64,000 bases of DNA from Octopus vulgaris (taxonomy: Eukaryota): assembly GCA_951406725.2 (NCBI GenBank), contig OX597821.1:65596001-65660000 (forward strand). The letters are read 5' to 3'. Each line of letters opens with the position of its first letter. Position 1 is the stretch's first letter. The notes below the pieces were generated by a model. It made no database searches, had not been told where the DNA came from, and saw nothing but the letters and a program-made list of their open reading frames with translations. Of this stretch, positions 42,446 through 57,608 are shown one piece after another. The position numbers and the translations under genes were made by a program.

Positions 42446-43596
42446 TTTTTGCCCTCGTGCGTCGTATTCTTCTTGTGTATTCACATATAACATTGGCAAG
42501 TGACATAGCATATGTGATTTATTTGCCATTTTTCTAAACCATTGCCTGAATCTTCTGTGGTCTGTTCGACATTTCGTTTGTTCGTTTTTTTTTTCTATTC
42601 TTTCGTTCTTTCTTTTCTTAATGTATTTTATTACCTGTGAACAATAACGCTTATTTGTACGTATGTATGTTTGTATATGTGTATATATGTATGTAAGTGT
42701 GTGTGTATGTATGTATGTATGGAAGTGTGTGTATGTATGTATGTGTGAATGTATGTGTGTAAGTGTGTGGGTATGTATGTATGTCTGTGTGTGTGTATGT
42801 ATGTATGTCTGTGTGTGTATGTATGTATGTGTGTATGTGTGTATGCATGTATGTATGTATGTATATATGTATGTGTGTGTACGTATGTGTGTATATATGT
42901 ATCTATTTATGTGTATGTATGTATCTATGTGTATGTATGTATGTGTGTGTACGTATGTGTGTATATATGTATCTATTTACGTGTATGTATGTATCTATGT
43001 GTATGTATGTGTATATATGTATGTATTTGTGTATGCATGTGTGTGAATGTATGTGTGTATGTATATGTGTATGTGTGTATCTATGTATGTGCGTGGGTAT
43101 TTATGTGTGTATGTATGTTCGTGTATATGCATGTATGCGTATGTGTGTGTATGTATGTATGTGTGTATGCGTGTATGTATGCATGTATGTATGTATGTAT
43201 GTTTGTATGTATGTATATGTTTGTACGTATGTGTGTACATATGTATTTATGTGTGTATGTATGTGCATGTATGAGTCTTTTATTCCTCTGTACGACATAG
43301 TCTCCAACTCTCTCCCTCTCTCTCTCTCTCTCTCAATCCGTTCTTTCTCTGTCTCTTTTTCTTTGCCCTTCTATCCCTCCCATCTTCTCTCTCTCTCCCG
43401 CTCTCTGTCTCTCCCTCTCTGTCTCTCCCCCTCGGTGTGTGTCTCTTTCTCTGCCCCCCCCCCCCTTCCGCTATCTCCCTTCTCTCCATCTTTATGACAT
43501 GATAGTAGTTCATCCATGTAAGATTCTGTGGCACTGGAGTTATTGATAGCCATTCTTCAAGTTGATTCCGTTATTAGCATGTCATATATGCGTGTG

Positions 43597-43631
<35 letters not shown>

Positions 43632-45214
43632 CTGTGTGTGTGCGTGTGCGTGTATGCATGTGTGTGCCTGTGTTTTATGCTATTTGTGGCATGTTTTCGC
43701 TTCTTTTTTTTGTTATGTGCATTTCAGTTTAATTTCTTGAGTATGGAAATCAATTGGTATTGGTTTGCATCATGTTTAAAAGATCGGATGTTGGAATTTT
43801 CGCTCATCATCGTCAACATGATTATTATCACCATCATCATCATCATCATCACCACCACCATCATCACCATCATCGCCACCACCACTACCACCACCACCAC
43901 CACCATAATCATCATCATCATCATCATCATCATTATCATCATCATTTTCAGCACCTTTATCATCGTTGTTGTAATGCCCGTCGTCATATCATCGTAATTG
44001 TCTTCATCACCATCACAATTATCATAATCCCCATCCTCATCAGCACTACCCCTCATCATCATCATCATTATCTATATCACCATCATCATAACATAAATTT
44101 TAAGGGACCACATCAGAGACCCCAAAATGAACTGCTTTGCTTACCCGTTTCTCTTGAACAATGGATGCGACTTTTTTTTTATTACTTCTTACCCCCGTCT
44201 AAGATGTTAGAAAACCAATAAGGGAATGCGGGACCAAATTAGATGCGAGAACGCTCGGCAAAATGATTCTATGTCACTGATTCTCTCTAGAAGCCATCAA
44301 CGAAACGGCGAAAACCGATCCATAGCTCAAGACGCACGACGCACGACGCACTTGTAAAGCCGCAACTCGGTCGTTGATGGCGCACGATGGGCGAACATTA
44401 TGCTAATACGAATAGATATTATAGTGGAAGAGACAGATTCCACAAGTCAGATTCTTTATATATTGCTAAAACCAAATTCTCGAAAGGTTAAATTATGTCC
44501 AGCCATGAACTATTGCTGCAGCATTTGCTACGAATTTGTCTGGCCAGAAATGTTCACCATAGCTTAAACCAAATAGCATTGCTGTATCACGCATAAACTT
44601 GGATTATATGCCAGTAATGTTACCAGGCGCTCAAAGTTCTCTGCTAATCCGGCAATATGGCTGGCCGTGCGTTAACCTTTGTGTTGTATAGAAAGTTAAG
44701 TATAAGCATTAAGGATGATATTATGAAGGTTATTTAAGGGGGTCACGAAAATAAACTTCGGTGTTTATCCAGGAGGACGATGGACAACTCCCACGAACCG
44801 CCTCTCCCATAATTAATGTATAGGCGACCAACTTCAATGTAAAAAAACATTACTGTTAACGTAAACGTTGTTCTACTTGTACTTACAGCAGAATTCAACC
44901 TGGATGGATTGAGCCGGTTGCGACCAGTGAGTTCATCTCGTGCCTCAGGGATGCTAACCGTATCCGACTGTCGACCGCAGTCGTGGCTGTTCCAGCAGGC
45001 AAAGTAATGTTTCTGTCTGTTGAGGTGTGGAGTTCATGATCAGATAATGTGATCTGTGGCAGCTGGTCTTACCGTCAACTGACGACAGTCGTAGAGGATT
45101 CACTGACCAATTCTCCGTCGATTATCGGAGCAGACGTAGTCTAGGTTTGAAGCGGATTCTAGAAACATACTTTAACAAAAGCCAGAGTGTGTCTCATTCA
45201 CAGATAACACACCA

Positions 45215-45970
45215 GACACGTATTGTCAAAATAAAATACCTGTCAGTATAAAACCCCCACTGTCACTTTAGAAACTCCACGTCCAATATAAAACCGTCCC
45301 CTGTCAATGGCAAGCTTCTATTGTCAATCTAAACCACTCCACTGTCCATAAAAAACTTCAGCATTAATTAATATAAAGCTTATGTCGGCAGCTGTCATTA
45401 TAGAACATCTACCGTCAATATGGAAACTCACACGGTCAGCATAAAATTCCCACCTTACCGTCAACATAGAGTTGCCACTACCTTCATTACAACCCCACCC
45501 CATTGTCAATCAAAAAACACGACGTCATTATAAACCCCGTGATAACAAATCAAAATCTTCACCGTCAATATAAACTTACTGTCAATGTCAAACTTTCACC
45601 GTCAATATAAAAATTGGACTGATTACATTCACAGTAGAAGTTTGACATTCTACTGTAAATATAACATACCCACATTTAATATAACTATTCCCTCCATCAA
45701 TATAAGAACCCCTATAAAACTTTCGCCATCAATATGACTCCCCACCACCATCACCACCATCACCACCACCACCACCACCACCATCGCCAATGTCAATGTA
45801 AGATTTGCGCCATCGTCATAAAAGCCACACTGTAAATGCCACACTGTTCTTCCTTCCCAATGTCAATAAAACAACCCATCACCTTTGTCAATTTAGAACA
45901 TCCGTCGTAAATGTCCACTACCACTGTCATTATAACCTCCTACCCCCCAGCCCCGCTGTCAATAGGAAAA
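45215..45970. repeat. Diverged minisatellite, about 20-30-bp unit with core (C/T)GTCAATATAAAAC
   Basis: About 20 or more recurrences of variants of CCGTCAATATAAA. Confidence 0.75.
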
Positions 45971-46094
45971 AAAGCTATCTCCCCTATTCGATGTAAGAAA
46001 AAGAAAATATTACGAATATTAACTCTTTCATAAAAACTCGTCGTTGTAGTAGTAGTAGTAGCAGTTGCAGCAGCAGCAGCAGCAGCAGTAGCAA

Positions 46095-46167
<73 letters not shown>

Positions 46168-46724
46168 GGTAATAGTAGTAGAAGATGTGGGGGTGGTAGT
46201 GGTGGTGGTGGTGGTGGTGCTAGTAGTAGTAGTAGTAGTAGTCCTTTGCAAACTAATTAAGTGAAGATGTCAAGAGAACAATGAAATTTTCTTGAAAGAA
46301 AGTAACACACACACAATCACACACACAATCACACACACACAATCACACACAAACACACACAAACATACACAAACACACACAAACACACACACACATACAC
46401 ACACACGAATACTGCCACATATTTGCAAACAAACAATAAAAAAGAAGACTACAAAATATGTATAGAAAATAAAATTTATATATATTCGAGTCGATAAATT
46501 ATAATAACAATAACAACACAACAACAACGACAACAACAACAACAACAGCAGCTACTGCAACAACAACAACAACTAAGACATTAACAAGCATACCAATGTC
46601 ATATTTTCATAGTTTTCTATTAACTCATTCCTTTACATAACTTTAGATTTCACACTTTTTCTTGTAAGTGTGCGTATGTATACATATATATATATGCATG
46701 TGGGTGTGTATATACATATATATT

Positions 46725-46845
<121 letters not shown>

Positions 46846-47192
46846 GTATGTATGTATATGTATATGTATACGTATACATACATATAATGTTACATACGTA
46901 TGTATATACATATATATTATATATTATGTACTATATATGTATATGTGTGTATGTATATGTACAAATGTATGTATATATATATGTCTGTGTGTGTATGTGT
47001 GTGTATGTATGTATGTATGTATGTATGTATGCGTAAACGCTTGACTATCTTTGTATGTATTGTATGTCTTTGGCTGTGAGGTTTCTTCTCTTTTACTCTA
47101 TACCTCTCTTCTCTCTCCTTTTCCCTTCTCTCTTTCCATATCTCTTCTAACCTCCCTCCCTCTACCTACCTACCTACCTACCTACCTATCTA

Positions 47193-47250
<58 letters not shown>

Positions 47251-47294
47251 AGTAGTCATGTACTCGATTTTCTCTACTTTCACTTTCGCTCAGT

Positions 47295-47342
<48 letters not shown>

Positions 47343-47650
47343 AAAAACAATAGGCGAGTGAGTTTCTACAACAAGCGTTCCTATGTAATATATACTTTAA
47401 ACTGGAGTGGTAGCTGTGGGGGGGATGGATGGAGGAGAGAAAAAAAGCAATGATTAAATCACACACACACTCACACAAATACACACGCATATCTCATACA
47501 CATAATCAGTCACCACACAAACTCATACTGATGTAAGCACACACATCAACGGGTACAGAAAATATTCAATTTAGACAATAAAAACGAACAAAATAGAAAT
47601 GTAAATTACACATACACATACATACATACATACATACATACATACCAACA

Positions 47651-47692
<42 letters not shown>

Positions 47693-48038
47693 CGCTTGAA
47701 CTCATATACATACACTGAAACTCACATACACACACTGACACACACAAACATACATGCACACAGACGCACGACACACACACAGTGAAGTGTCCAAGTTCAC
47801 GTATATATACACATTAACACATACACGCATACGTATACACACGTTCGCTCACACAATTACACACTCACTTGTAAATACACGCACACACATTAAAACAAGA
47901 TTAGAACGGACATACGCATGCACACTGAGTTACAAATGATCGGACACAAACATATAGACATATCCATACACACACACACACATACACACACACACACAAA
48001 CTCTCACACACACATACATATACACAAACGCACTCACT

Positions 48039-48660
48039 TAACTACAATGATATACACAGACCCTAACTCACAATGAAACACACGATCACACACACATACA
48101 CCAACACACACACATACACATATACACAAACACACACATAACTACAATGATATACACAGACCCTAAATCACAATAAAACACACGCTCACACACACACACA
48201 CATACACAAACACACACACACAAACACACACATAACTACAATGATATACACAGACCCTAACTCACAATAAAACACACGCTCACACACACACACACACATA
48301 CACAAACACACACACACATATACACAAACACACACATAACTACAATAGAATACACAGACCCTAACTCACAATGAAAAACACGCTGACACACACACACACA
48401 CGCACACTCACACACACATATACACAAACACACACATACATAACTACATATACACAGACCCTGACTCACAATAGAATACACGCTCACACACACACACACA
48501 TATACACAAACACACACACATAACTACAATGATATACACAGACCCCGACTCATAATAAAACACGCTCTCTCACACACACACACACATATACACAAACACA
48601 CACACATAACTACAATGATATACACAGACCCTGACTCACAATAAAATATGCGCTCACACA
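48039..48660. repeat. Seven-copy tandem array: about 50-bp conserved core with variable (CA)-rich spacers
   Basis: TAACTACAATGATATACACAGACCCT(A/G)ACTCACAAT near 48039, 48139, 48233, 48337, 48441, 48521 and 48607. Confidence 0.9.
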
Positions 48661-48770
48661 CACACACATACACACACAGATAAAAACACCCACACTCACA
48701 AATATAAAATTTCAAGAATATAAAATTAACCAAACACTCACAAAAACGCATACATGCATACACACGCGCA

Positions 48771-48821
<51 letters not shown>

Positions 48822-49233
48822 ACACACACTAATACATATACACATATACACACACGCAGTTATACACTAACTCATGAACACAGACTTACAAATATACGAA
48901 GACAAAACCACGTACAAACATGGCCGGCCATACATATTCTAGATCTAAGAGCGCTGATTTACGCGTGGCAAAAGCTATGAACATTAATATCTCACTTTAC
49001 GAGGGTCCGCTTTACGAGAATCCGGGTGTACGAGCGTTATTTTTCAAGCAAACGGTCCAAATTTTTAACGAAGTGCAAAAGTTTCTATTACCGTAATAAA
49101 TACTTCTGCATGTTGCCGAGCAATTTATTCAGAACGAAAAAAAGCAAACAACTCTAGACTGGTTTAAAAAAAAGAAATCTACAAGTCTGTCTACGAGTGC
49201 TTGTATATATATAGCGGCGTATGTACACTTTGG

Positions 49234-49337
<104 letters not shown>

Positions 49338-49371
49338 TCGTGGGTAAATAATTTCTTTATTTGTGAATTAA

Positions 49372-49438
49372 GGCTACCGTTGGTTTCATGTTAAGAAGAG
49401 TGGGAAAATATCCAAGTATCTTAACAATTTTTCAAGTC
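49372..49438 (-). ncRNA. Decayed hammerhead with long stem II
   Basis: GAC-TTGAAAA-ATTGTTAAGA..TCTTAACAT-GAA-ACC(AAC)GGT-A^GCC; core mutated. Confidence 0.5.
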
Positions 49439-50417
49439 GATCACATACAGAAAAGTGGTCGCCTCTACTTTGGAAAACAATGGAAAACAAGCATATTCTC
49501 TTAGGTGTTATATGTATGCACACGTATATATAACATCTTGTTTTCCACACACCTTGGTGAATGTAGTTTTGGCCAAGAGGAATTCATGTCATTAGGCGGT
49601 ATCCATGTGTCATCGGGTGTTCCGATTCTTAACATACGCATAAATATGTATATGTGTATGTATATGTGTATGTATATGTATATATGTATATGTGTATGTG
49701 TTTGCTTATGTCTTTGTTTCCCTACCGGTTTCAATTTATTTTTGCCTCCGTTACCTGGCGGTTCGACAAAATCGATCGATAGGATATGTAGCGAACTTCT
49801 GAGTTCGATAGTTCGATTTGCCCGACTTAATTCATCAAGGCAGTGCCCTCCTCCAGCATGGCCACAATTCAGTCGCTGAAAGGATCAAAAGATAAACAGA
49901 TAAACGCAGGCTTTTCAGCATGCAAGCACGCAAGCACCACCACCCGGCGCGCGCGCGCACACACACACACACACACACAAAAACACGCACACACACATAC
50001 ACAAATACACGGAGGGATTATTGAAACAAACACAATGACGCGTGAAGTAAACTGTTGAAAACATATTCAAAGTTTTGAACAGTTTGTAGAAAGCAAACGT
50101 GAGAAATGGCGGACTTTACTGCATGAATCGAAACGAGTCTCTTTAATTTCTTTATTCATTTTTTCTGTTTCATTCTTTCTTTCTTTTTCTTGTTTTTTTT
50201 TTTTTTTGTTGTTGTTTATAACCTCAGAGAATCTCGCACAAGTGAAAGAAAGATACACATTGCAGTAACAACAATAACAACAACAACAACAACAACAACA
50301 ATAATAATGACAATAACAATAATAATTATGATAATACCAATAATAATAATAATAATAATGGTTGTAAAAGTAATGACAAAAAATATCTTTGTTATCCTAG
50401 ACAAGTCTGGAATAATG

Positions 50418-50451
<34 letters not shown>

Positions 50452-50452
50452 T

Positions 50453-50497
<45 letters not shown>

Positions 50498-50579
50498 TAT
50501 CTATATACATATATGTATATATATACATATATACATATATATATATACATATATATATATATACACATATATATGTATA

Positions 50580-50630
<51 letters not shown>

Positions 50631-50751
50631 TATATACATATATATATATTATATATATATATACATATATATACGTTTTTCTTTATATTTATCTTTATAT
50701 TTATATTTTCCGTATATAGTGATTTTTATTATTCTTTATCATTTACTTTTC

Positions 50752-50754
<3 letters not shown>

Positions 50755-50832
<78 letters not shown>

Positions 50833-51161
50833 CATCATTATTATTATTATTATCATCATTATTATTATCATTATTATTATTATTATTATTGCTATTATTA
50901 TTATTACTATTTTTTCTTGCATTGTCTCGTGAAATTGTAATTAGTGTTTTATTTGTGGGTGGTAGTTGTTGTTATTGTTGTTACTATTGCAATCACTGTT
51001 ATTGTTTTTATTTTCGTTGTTGTCGTTCTTCTTCTTGTTGTTGTATCTTTACTTCTTTCTTTACTCTGCTCTCGCTTCTTCGTGTTATGTATCTTTCCAG
51101 ACGGCCAATGACGTAAATTGTTGTTTAGTAGATTTAGTAATAGTGGCAGCAACGGTAACAA

Positions 51162-51236
<75 letters not shown>

Positions 51237-51293
51237 CAGCAGTAGTAGTAGTAGTAGTAGTAGCAACAGCAGTAGTAGTAGTAGTAGTAGCAA

Positions 51294-51363
<70 letters not shown>

Positions 51364-51425
51364 TACTGTTGTTTCATAGTAGCGGTAGTACCAAAGCAAT
51401 AGTAGCACCAGCAGCTGCTGCTACT

Positions 51426-51461
<36 letters not shown>

Positions 51462-51497
51462 GTAGTAGTAGTAGAGGTGGTGGTGGTGGTGGTGGTG

Positions 51498-51541
<44 letters not shown>

Positions 51542-51542
51542 G

Positions 51543-51591
<49 letters not shown>

Positions 51592-51600
51592 CTGTTGGTG
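50755..51600. repeat. Cluster of (TAT)n, (GCA)n, (GTA)n and (GGT)n microsatellites
   Basis: Direct reading. Confidence 0.9.
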
Positions 51601-51810
51601 TTGTTGTTACTGCTGCTGCTACAGCTTGGCCTCTGAAATTAGTGCTTTGATAGAGCAGAAGTACGACCAATGGAGTTCCAATCGCGAGCATCCCGTCCGT
51701 CCTGTGTGCGTGTGTACGTATATGCATACGTGTATGTGTGTGTGTGTTTGTATGTGTGTCCATGACTGTGTGTGTGTGTGTATGTGTCTTCATGACTCTA
51801 TGTGTGTGTG

Positions 51811-51845
<35 letters not shown>

Positions 51846-52159
51846 GTCCTTCAGATACGTTATCTACTGCAAGCCTTTTTACAATTACGACTTTGACAAG
51901 TTGTGGTGTGAGGGTAATTTAGCTGCTACTGATGGCACATCTAGCAACAACGTAAAGGCTTCCTCCTTGGCTTGTGCTCTTGGGTACCGTGTTTGTTGTT
52001 GTTGTTGTTGCTGTCACTGCTGCCGCTGCTGCTGCCGCCACTATTGTTGATGCTGTTATTGGGTGATACAGGCCAGCTAAGGTCAGACAGAATAATGATA
52101 TGGAGATTGCCTTACATCAGGGAATAGGCTTCAAAACGATATTTCTCTCTTTCATTTCG

Positions 52160-52407
52160 CCTTTAATCTTTTACTTGCTTCAGTCATGGGACTGCGGCCA
52201 ATGCTGGAGCACTGCCTTGAAAAGTTTAATCGAACAAATTGACCGCAGGTTTTATTCTTTTTTTTTTTAATAGTCTGCTTTTAATTATTTTAGCGATTCT
52301 CTTTTGCCGAGCGCTTAAGTTACTAAGAGACGAAAAGAAAAGAACACCGGTTGCCAAGCGGTGGAGGAAGAAACAAAAAGACACACTCGCACACGTGCAC
52401 ACACACA

Positions 52408-52453
<46 letters not shown>

Positions 52454-52592
52454 TACACACACATTTGTACATACATACACATATATATTTATATACACAT
52501 ATGTGTATGTATGTATGTATGTATGTATGTATGTATGTATGTATGTATGTATGATGCGCTTCTTTCAGTTTCCGTCAACAAAATTCGCTCAC
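52160..52592 (-). mobile_element. SINE family A (5'-truncated)
   Basis: Reverse-complement tail and body. Confidence 0.75.
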
Positions 52593-52594
52593 TA

Positions 52595-52887
52595 GGCGAA
52601 AAGGTAGATAGCCTGGCTGTGGAAAATGAAGAAGGTGAAGATAGTGCCAATTTTATTGTTGGGTTCTTTGGAACAGTATCAGAAGGCATCAAGAGGAATA
52701 TAAAGGAAATGGAAATAGAGTGCCCAGTAGCATTGTTACAAAAGGTTTGCCTCCTTGGCACGGCCAGAATAATCAGGTAAAAACTGAGACAGCGGAAAAG
52801 AACGACTAGCATGGTACCGTAGGCTGCAGGTAGTAAGTCCGCTACGCATGCAAAACTCCAGAAGCTCCCTGTGATAAAGAGAAAATA

Positions 52888-52930
<43 letters not shown>

Positions 52931-52935
52931 CGACG
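52595..52935 (+). mobile_element. R4/Dong-type LINE extreme 3' end with (GAT)n tail
   Basis: ..GTVSEGIKRNIKEM..LLQKVCLLGTARIIR is homologous to the C-terminus at 600-732; short UTR, then (GAT)n. Confidence 0.75.
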
Positions 52936-53504
52936 CTGATGATGATGGTGAGGAAGAGGAGGAGGAAGATGATAATAATAACAGATGCACTTCTATTAAT
53001 CTACCGTTCAAAGTAATGCCTCCTTTTCAGCAATTGTCTTTCGGAACTTTTTGCCTAGCGTGTAAACGTCCATATCTATAATAATACTACACCTAAATTT
53101 TACATAAATCTAACAGAGATTTCTTTTAAATTAAGAATTTAACAACATACGCATACAATTTGAAAACTTACAAAAGAATTTCATTATGGGTTTTTATTTT
53201 TAAAAAAATTGAAGTCATAGGTCCAAGATTCTGTGGCATATATATTCCACAGACGGGACACTCTTCTGTTTCAGAATTACTCGTTTTTGCCTGCTGCGTG
53301 CACTGGAGCAACGCAAAATGAAGTTTTATGCTCGAGAATACAACACATCACTCGGTTCAAGAATCGACCCCACCATAATCACTATGCCACACACCTCTAC
53401 GCTTTTTATTCAAACCTATCTGCTTTTGGAATAATCGGTCGCATTTAAAATTTAGTGTTTGAGTCTTAGCTATTATATACCGATACTTTTTATGAGATAT
53501 GATT

Positions 53505-54068
53505 GGTGCTGGCAGAAACGTTAGCACACCGGGTGAAATGCTTAGCGGTATTTCGTCTGCCGTTACGTTCTGAGTTCAAATTCCTCCGAGGTCGACTTTG
53601 CCTTTCATCCTTTCGGGGTCGATAAATTAAGTACCAGTTACGCACTGGGGTCGATATAATCGACTTAATCCGTTTGTCTGTCCTTGTTTGTCTCCTCTTT
53701 GTTTAGCCCCTTGTGGGTAGTAAAGAAATAGGTATTTCGTCTGCCGTTACGTTTTGAGTTCAAATTCCACCTAGATCGACTTTGCCTTTCATCTTTTCGG
53801 AGTCGATAAATTAAGTACCAGTTACGCACTGGGGTCGATATAATCGGCTAAATCCGTTTTGTTAGTCCTTGTTTATCTCCTCTGTGTGTAACCCCTTGTG
53901 GGTAGTAAAGAAATAGGTATTTCGTCTATCTTTACGTTCTGAGATCGACTTTGCCTTTCATCCTTTCGAGGTCGATAGATTAAGTACTAGTTGCATACTG
54001 GGGTCGATCTAATCGACTGGCCCCCTTCCCCAAACATTTCAGGCCTTGTGCCTAGAGTAGAAAAGAAT
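53505..54068 (+). mobile_element. SINE family B with tandemly triplicated body (about 184-bp period)
   Basis: GGTATTTCGTCT..TTACGTT restarts at 53547, 53731 and 53916. Confidence 0.85.
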
Positions 54069-54525
54069 GATTGCCCTCACGCACAAGTTTATTTCGTTTT
54101 TTTTTTCGTAGCTGTGTGGTATGTAGTTTGTTTCCCAACCGTGTGGGTCCGGGTTCAGTCCTGCTTCGTGGCACATTGGGCAAGTGTTTTCTACTATAGT
54201 GTCAGGCCGACCAAAGACTTGTGAGTAGACTTCATAGACGGAAACTCAAAAATGCCCGCTCTATGTGTGTGTGTGTGTGTGTGTGCGTGTATAAAACAGT
54301 TTCAGGGACGTAAACATACGAACGCTGGTCGTCAAGCGGTGGTGGGGGACAAACACCGACACAAAGACATACACAAATACATATATATATATATATACAT
54401 ACACGCACGCGCGCACATATACACACATATATATATAGGGGAGAATTCACAAAAAAACAAAAGACGAAGACAGGTGGTGTAGACAACAAACAGATGTTTT
54501 AGTTTAGCACTCAGGAAGTGAGGAA

Positions 54526-54563
54526 GTCTTTAAAGTTTCGAGCCTACGCTCTTCCACAGAAAG
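54526..54563 (-). ncRNA. Minimal hammerhead-like motif (relative of the 18989 motif)
   Basis: CTTT-CTGTGGA-AGAGC(GTAG)GCTC-GAAACTTTA-AAGAC; core non-canonical. Confidence 0.45.
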
Positions 54564-54588
54564 TAACACAGAAAGAAACAAGGATAGA

Positions 54589-54672
<84 letters not shown>

Positions 54673-54825
54673 AATAATAATAATAATAATAATAAAACTA
54701 CTGGATAATAATAATAATAATTATATAAATTTTTACCGAATATGGTCCTTTTCCATACCGAAATACTACTAGGTGAAATTTGTTGATTTTATTAAATTAA
54801 TTATATTTCACCCTATATTTGTATT

Positions 54826-54898
<73 letters not shown>

Positions 54899-54927
54899 TA
54901 TATACATATATATACATATATATATAC

Positions 54928-55011
<84 letters not shown>

Positions 55012-55776
55012 GTATATCTTTGTGTCGGTGTTTGTTCCACTCCATCAAATAGCGAGTGGTGTTGGTATGTTTATACCCCCGTGAATTAGCGTAACGGCAA
55101 AAGGCACTGACAGAATAGGTACCTGACTTAGATAAATAAGTATAACTAGTGGAACTGCTTCATTCAATTAAAAATTCCTCAGGGCATTGCCCCAGCATGG
55201 CCGCAGTAATATGACTGAAACAGGTAAAAGAAAGCGTATTCTTTTCGACCTTCAGATTAACAAATTTTTCTAGTTTCTTTTTTTATATTTCAATTTCGGT
55301 AGCTCTCTATTCCTCTCTCTCTCTGTCTCTGTCTGTCTGTCTCTCTGTCTCTCTCTCACTATATGTATATATATATATGTATGTGTGTGTATGCGTGTGT
55401 GTATATATATATATATGTATATATCAAACAAAATGGAACAAGAACGTAACAGGCGACAACAAAACATCCGATCAGTTACACGATATAAAGAACGACAGGA
55501 AAACAACAAGAACGGGTCATTCGGAGGCTTCTGTTGTCAATCGAGTTCCAGATCATCCCTGCAGTTTCGGCCGGTTAACCTCGAAACTGCTCCAATCTGG
55601 CCGGCCCCAAGAAAATCCATGCTAAAAGCACTAGATACTCTTGAAGAAAGCAAGCGAATGTGTAGGAAAACAAGAACGAAAAAAAAACGGAGAAACGTTA
55701 CACAATTACAACTACAAACAAAATAACAACAGGTGTATTTCGACTATATGTGTGTGTGTGTGTGCGTGTGTGTATT

Positions 55777-55814
<38 letters not shown>

Positions 55815-56138
55815 TATATGGGTACCGGACGTCCCAAAAGTAAAAAAACATGAAATACGAAAATAAATGAGTTAAATACGCAAATAACGAGAGAAAAAAA
55901 TGCAAGACAAGACAATACAAAGAACGATCCAAGAAGGAAGCGAAAAGAGACGTCCAGTCCTTAGAACGTCCGTGCACGAAAGAAAGATGGTCACGTGTGA
56001 GCAACGAGAGAGAGAAAAGGAGAAAGAGGGGATAGAGACATAGAAAACGGGCTGAAAGAGTGAAAAAGTGAATTAGAGAGTATGTAGGAGATATATATGT
56101 ATATATGTGTATATTTATATATATGCATATATATATAA

Positions 56139-56186
<48 letters not shown>

Positions 56187-56197
56187 GTATATATATA

Positions 56198-56238
<41 letters not shown>

Positions 56239-57087
56239 GAATACTCATTTTCCTTCCTGCTTTTACACTAGCGTGTATATATTCATATATACATTGATTC
56301 ATGCACACATATATGCATACATAAATGTAATATACACACATATGAATATATAGGCTGTATGCATATGTAATTATATATATATATATATACTTATATATAC
56401 GAACATAGACACGCACGCACACGCGCGCACATATATATACAAATGTGGATGTATTCGTGTGTGTATGTGTCCGTGTGTGCGCGCGTGCGTGCGTATGTGC
56501 GCGCGTGCGTGCGTATGTGCGCGGGTGCGCGTGTGTGTGCACGCAGGCGCTCGAAGATCCGTGCATCCATTTTTCTCCACCTGCTTCATACAAATATACA
56601 TACGTACACACAAAACTGTGGACAGTTTTCGTCCGAAACTGCATGTACATATTAGTCGATGCACCCTTTCCCCTTCAACTATACCCATAATCCAACGGCA
56701 GAATCCGTGAACATCCGGTAAATGGCAGATGAAAGACAAATACTAAGCATGTTTGTGCGTTGTAGTCTTTCATCGTTTATTGTTCCTATTAAATTGTTTG
56801 TTTTAATATGTAACGCAACTGTTCTGGTTGAAGTAATGCGCAATGGAATCTGCCGAAAGCAATGGCTGTTATTAATGTTCTTGTCAAATATTCACGTACA
56901 TACACTTGCACATACACAAACACATACTCATATACACGTACATATAAAAATGCACACGCACACACACACACACATACGTGCGTGCATGCATATAAAGATA
57001 CATGCAAACATACACAAGCGTGTTTATATGACTCATTTTTTTGTTTATCTCTATTTTTTTGTTCTTGACTTCACCTCTCCCCCCACA

Positions 57088-57150
<63 letters not shown>

Positions 57151-57513
57151 GCTAGTCTGTCTGTCTATGTATCTATGTATCTATTTATCTATCTGTGTGT
57201 CTGTCTGTCTGTCTGTCTATCTATCAATCTATCTATCTGTCTGTTTATATACAAATATATACACACACACATATGGGGGAGGGGTTTTCTATATGAAGTG
57301 TATGTATATGTGTATTTATATTTACTTATAATGAATATATATGAATATATAAATGTGTACACACACACACACATATATATATATGTATATATTATGTATG
57401 CATTTATATATGTATGCATGAATGCATGAATGCATGCATATATGTATGCATATATACATATATTTATGTATATACATACATAAATGTGCGCGAGTTAGTT
57501 TATATACATATGT

Positions 57514-57608
<95 letters not shown>

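Noticed and set aside
48039-48660. CRISPR-like repeat-spacer appearance
   Set aside because: Spacers are homologous CA slippage tracts, there are no cas genes and the context is eukaryotic
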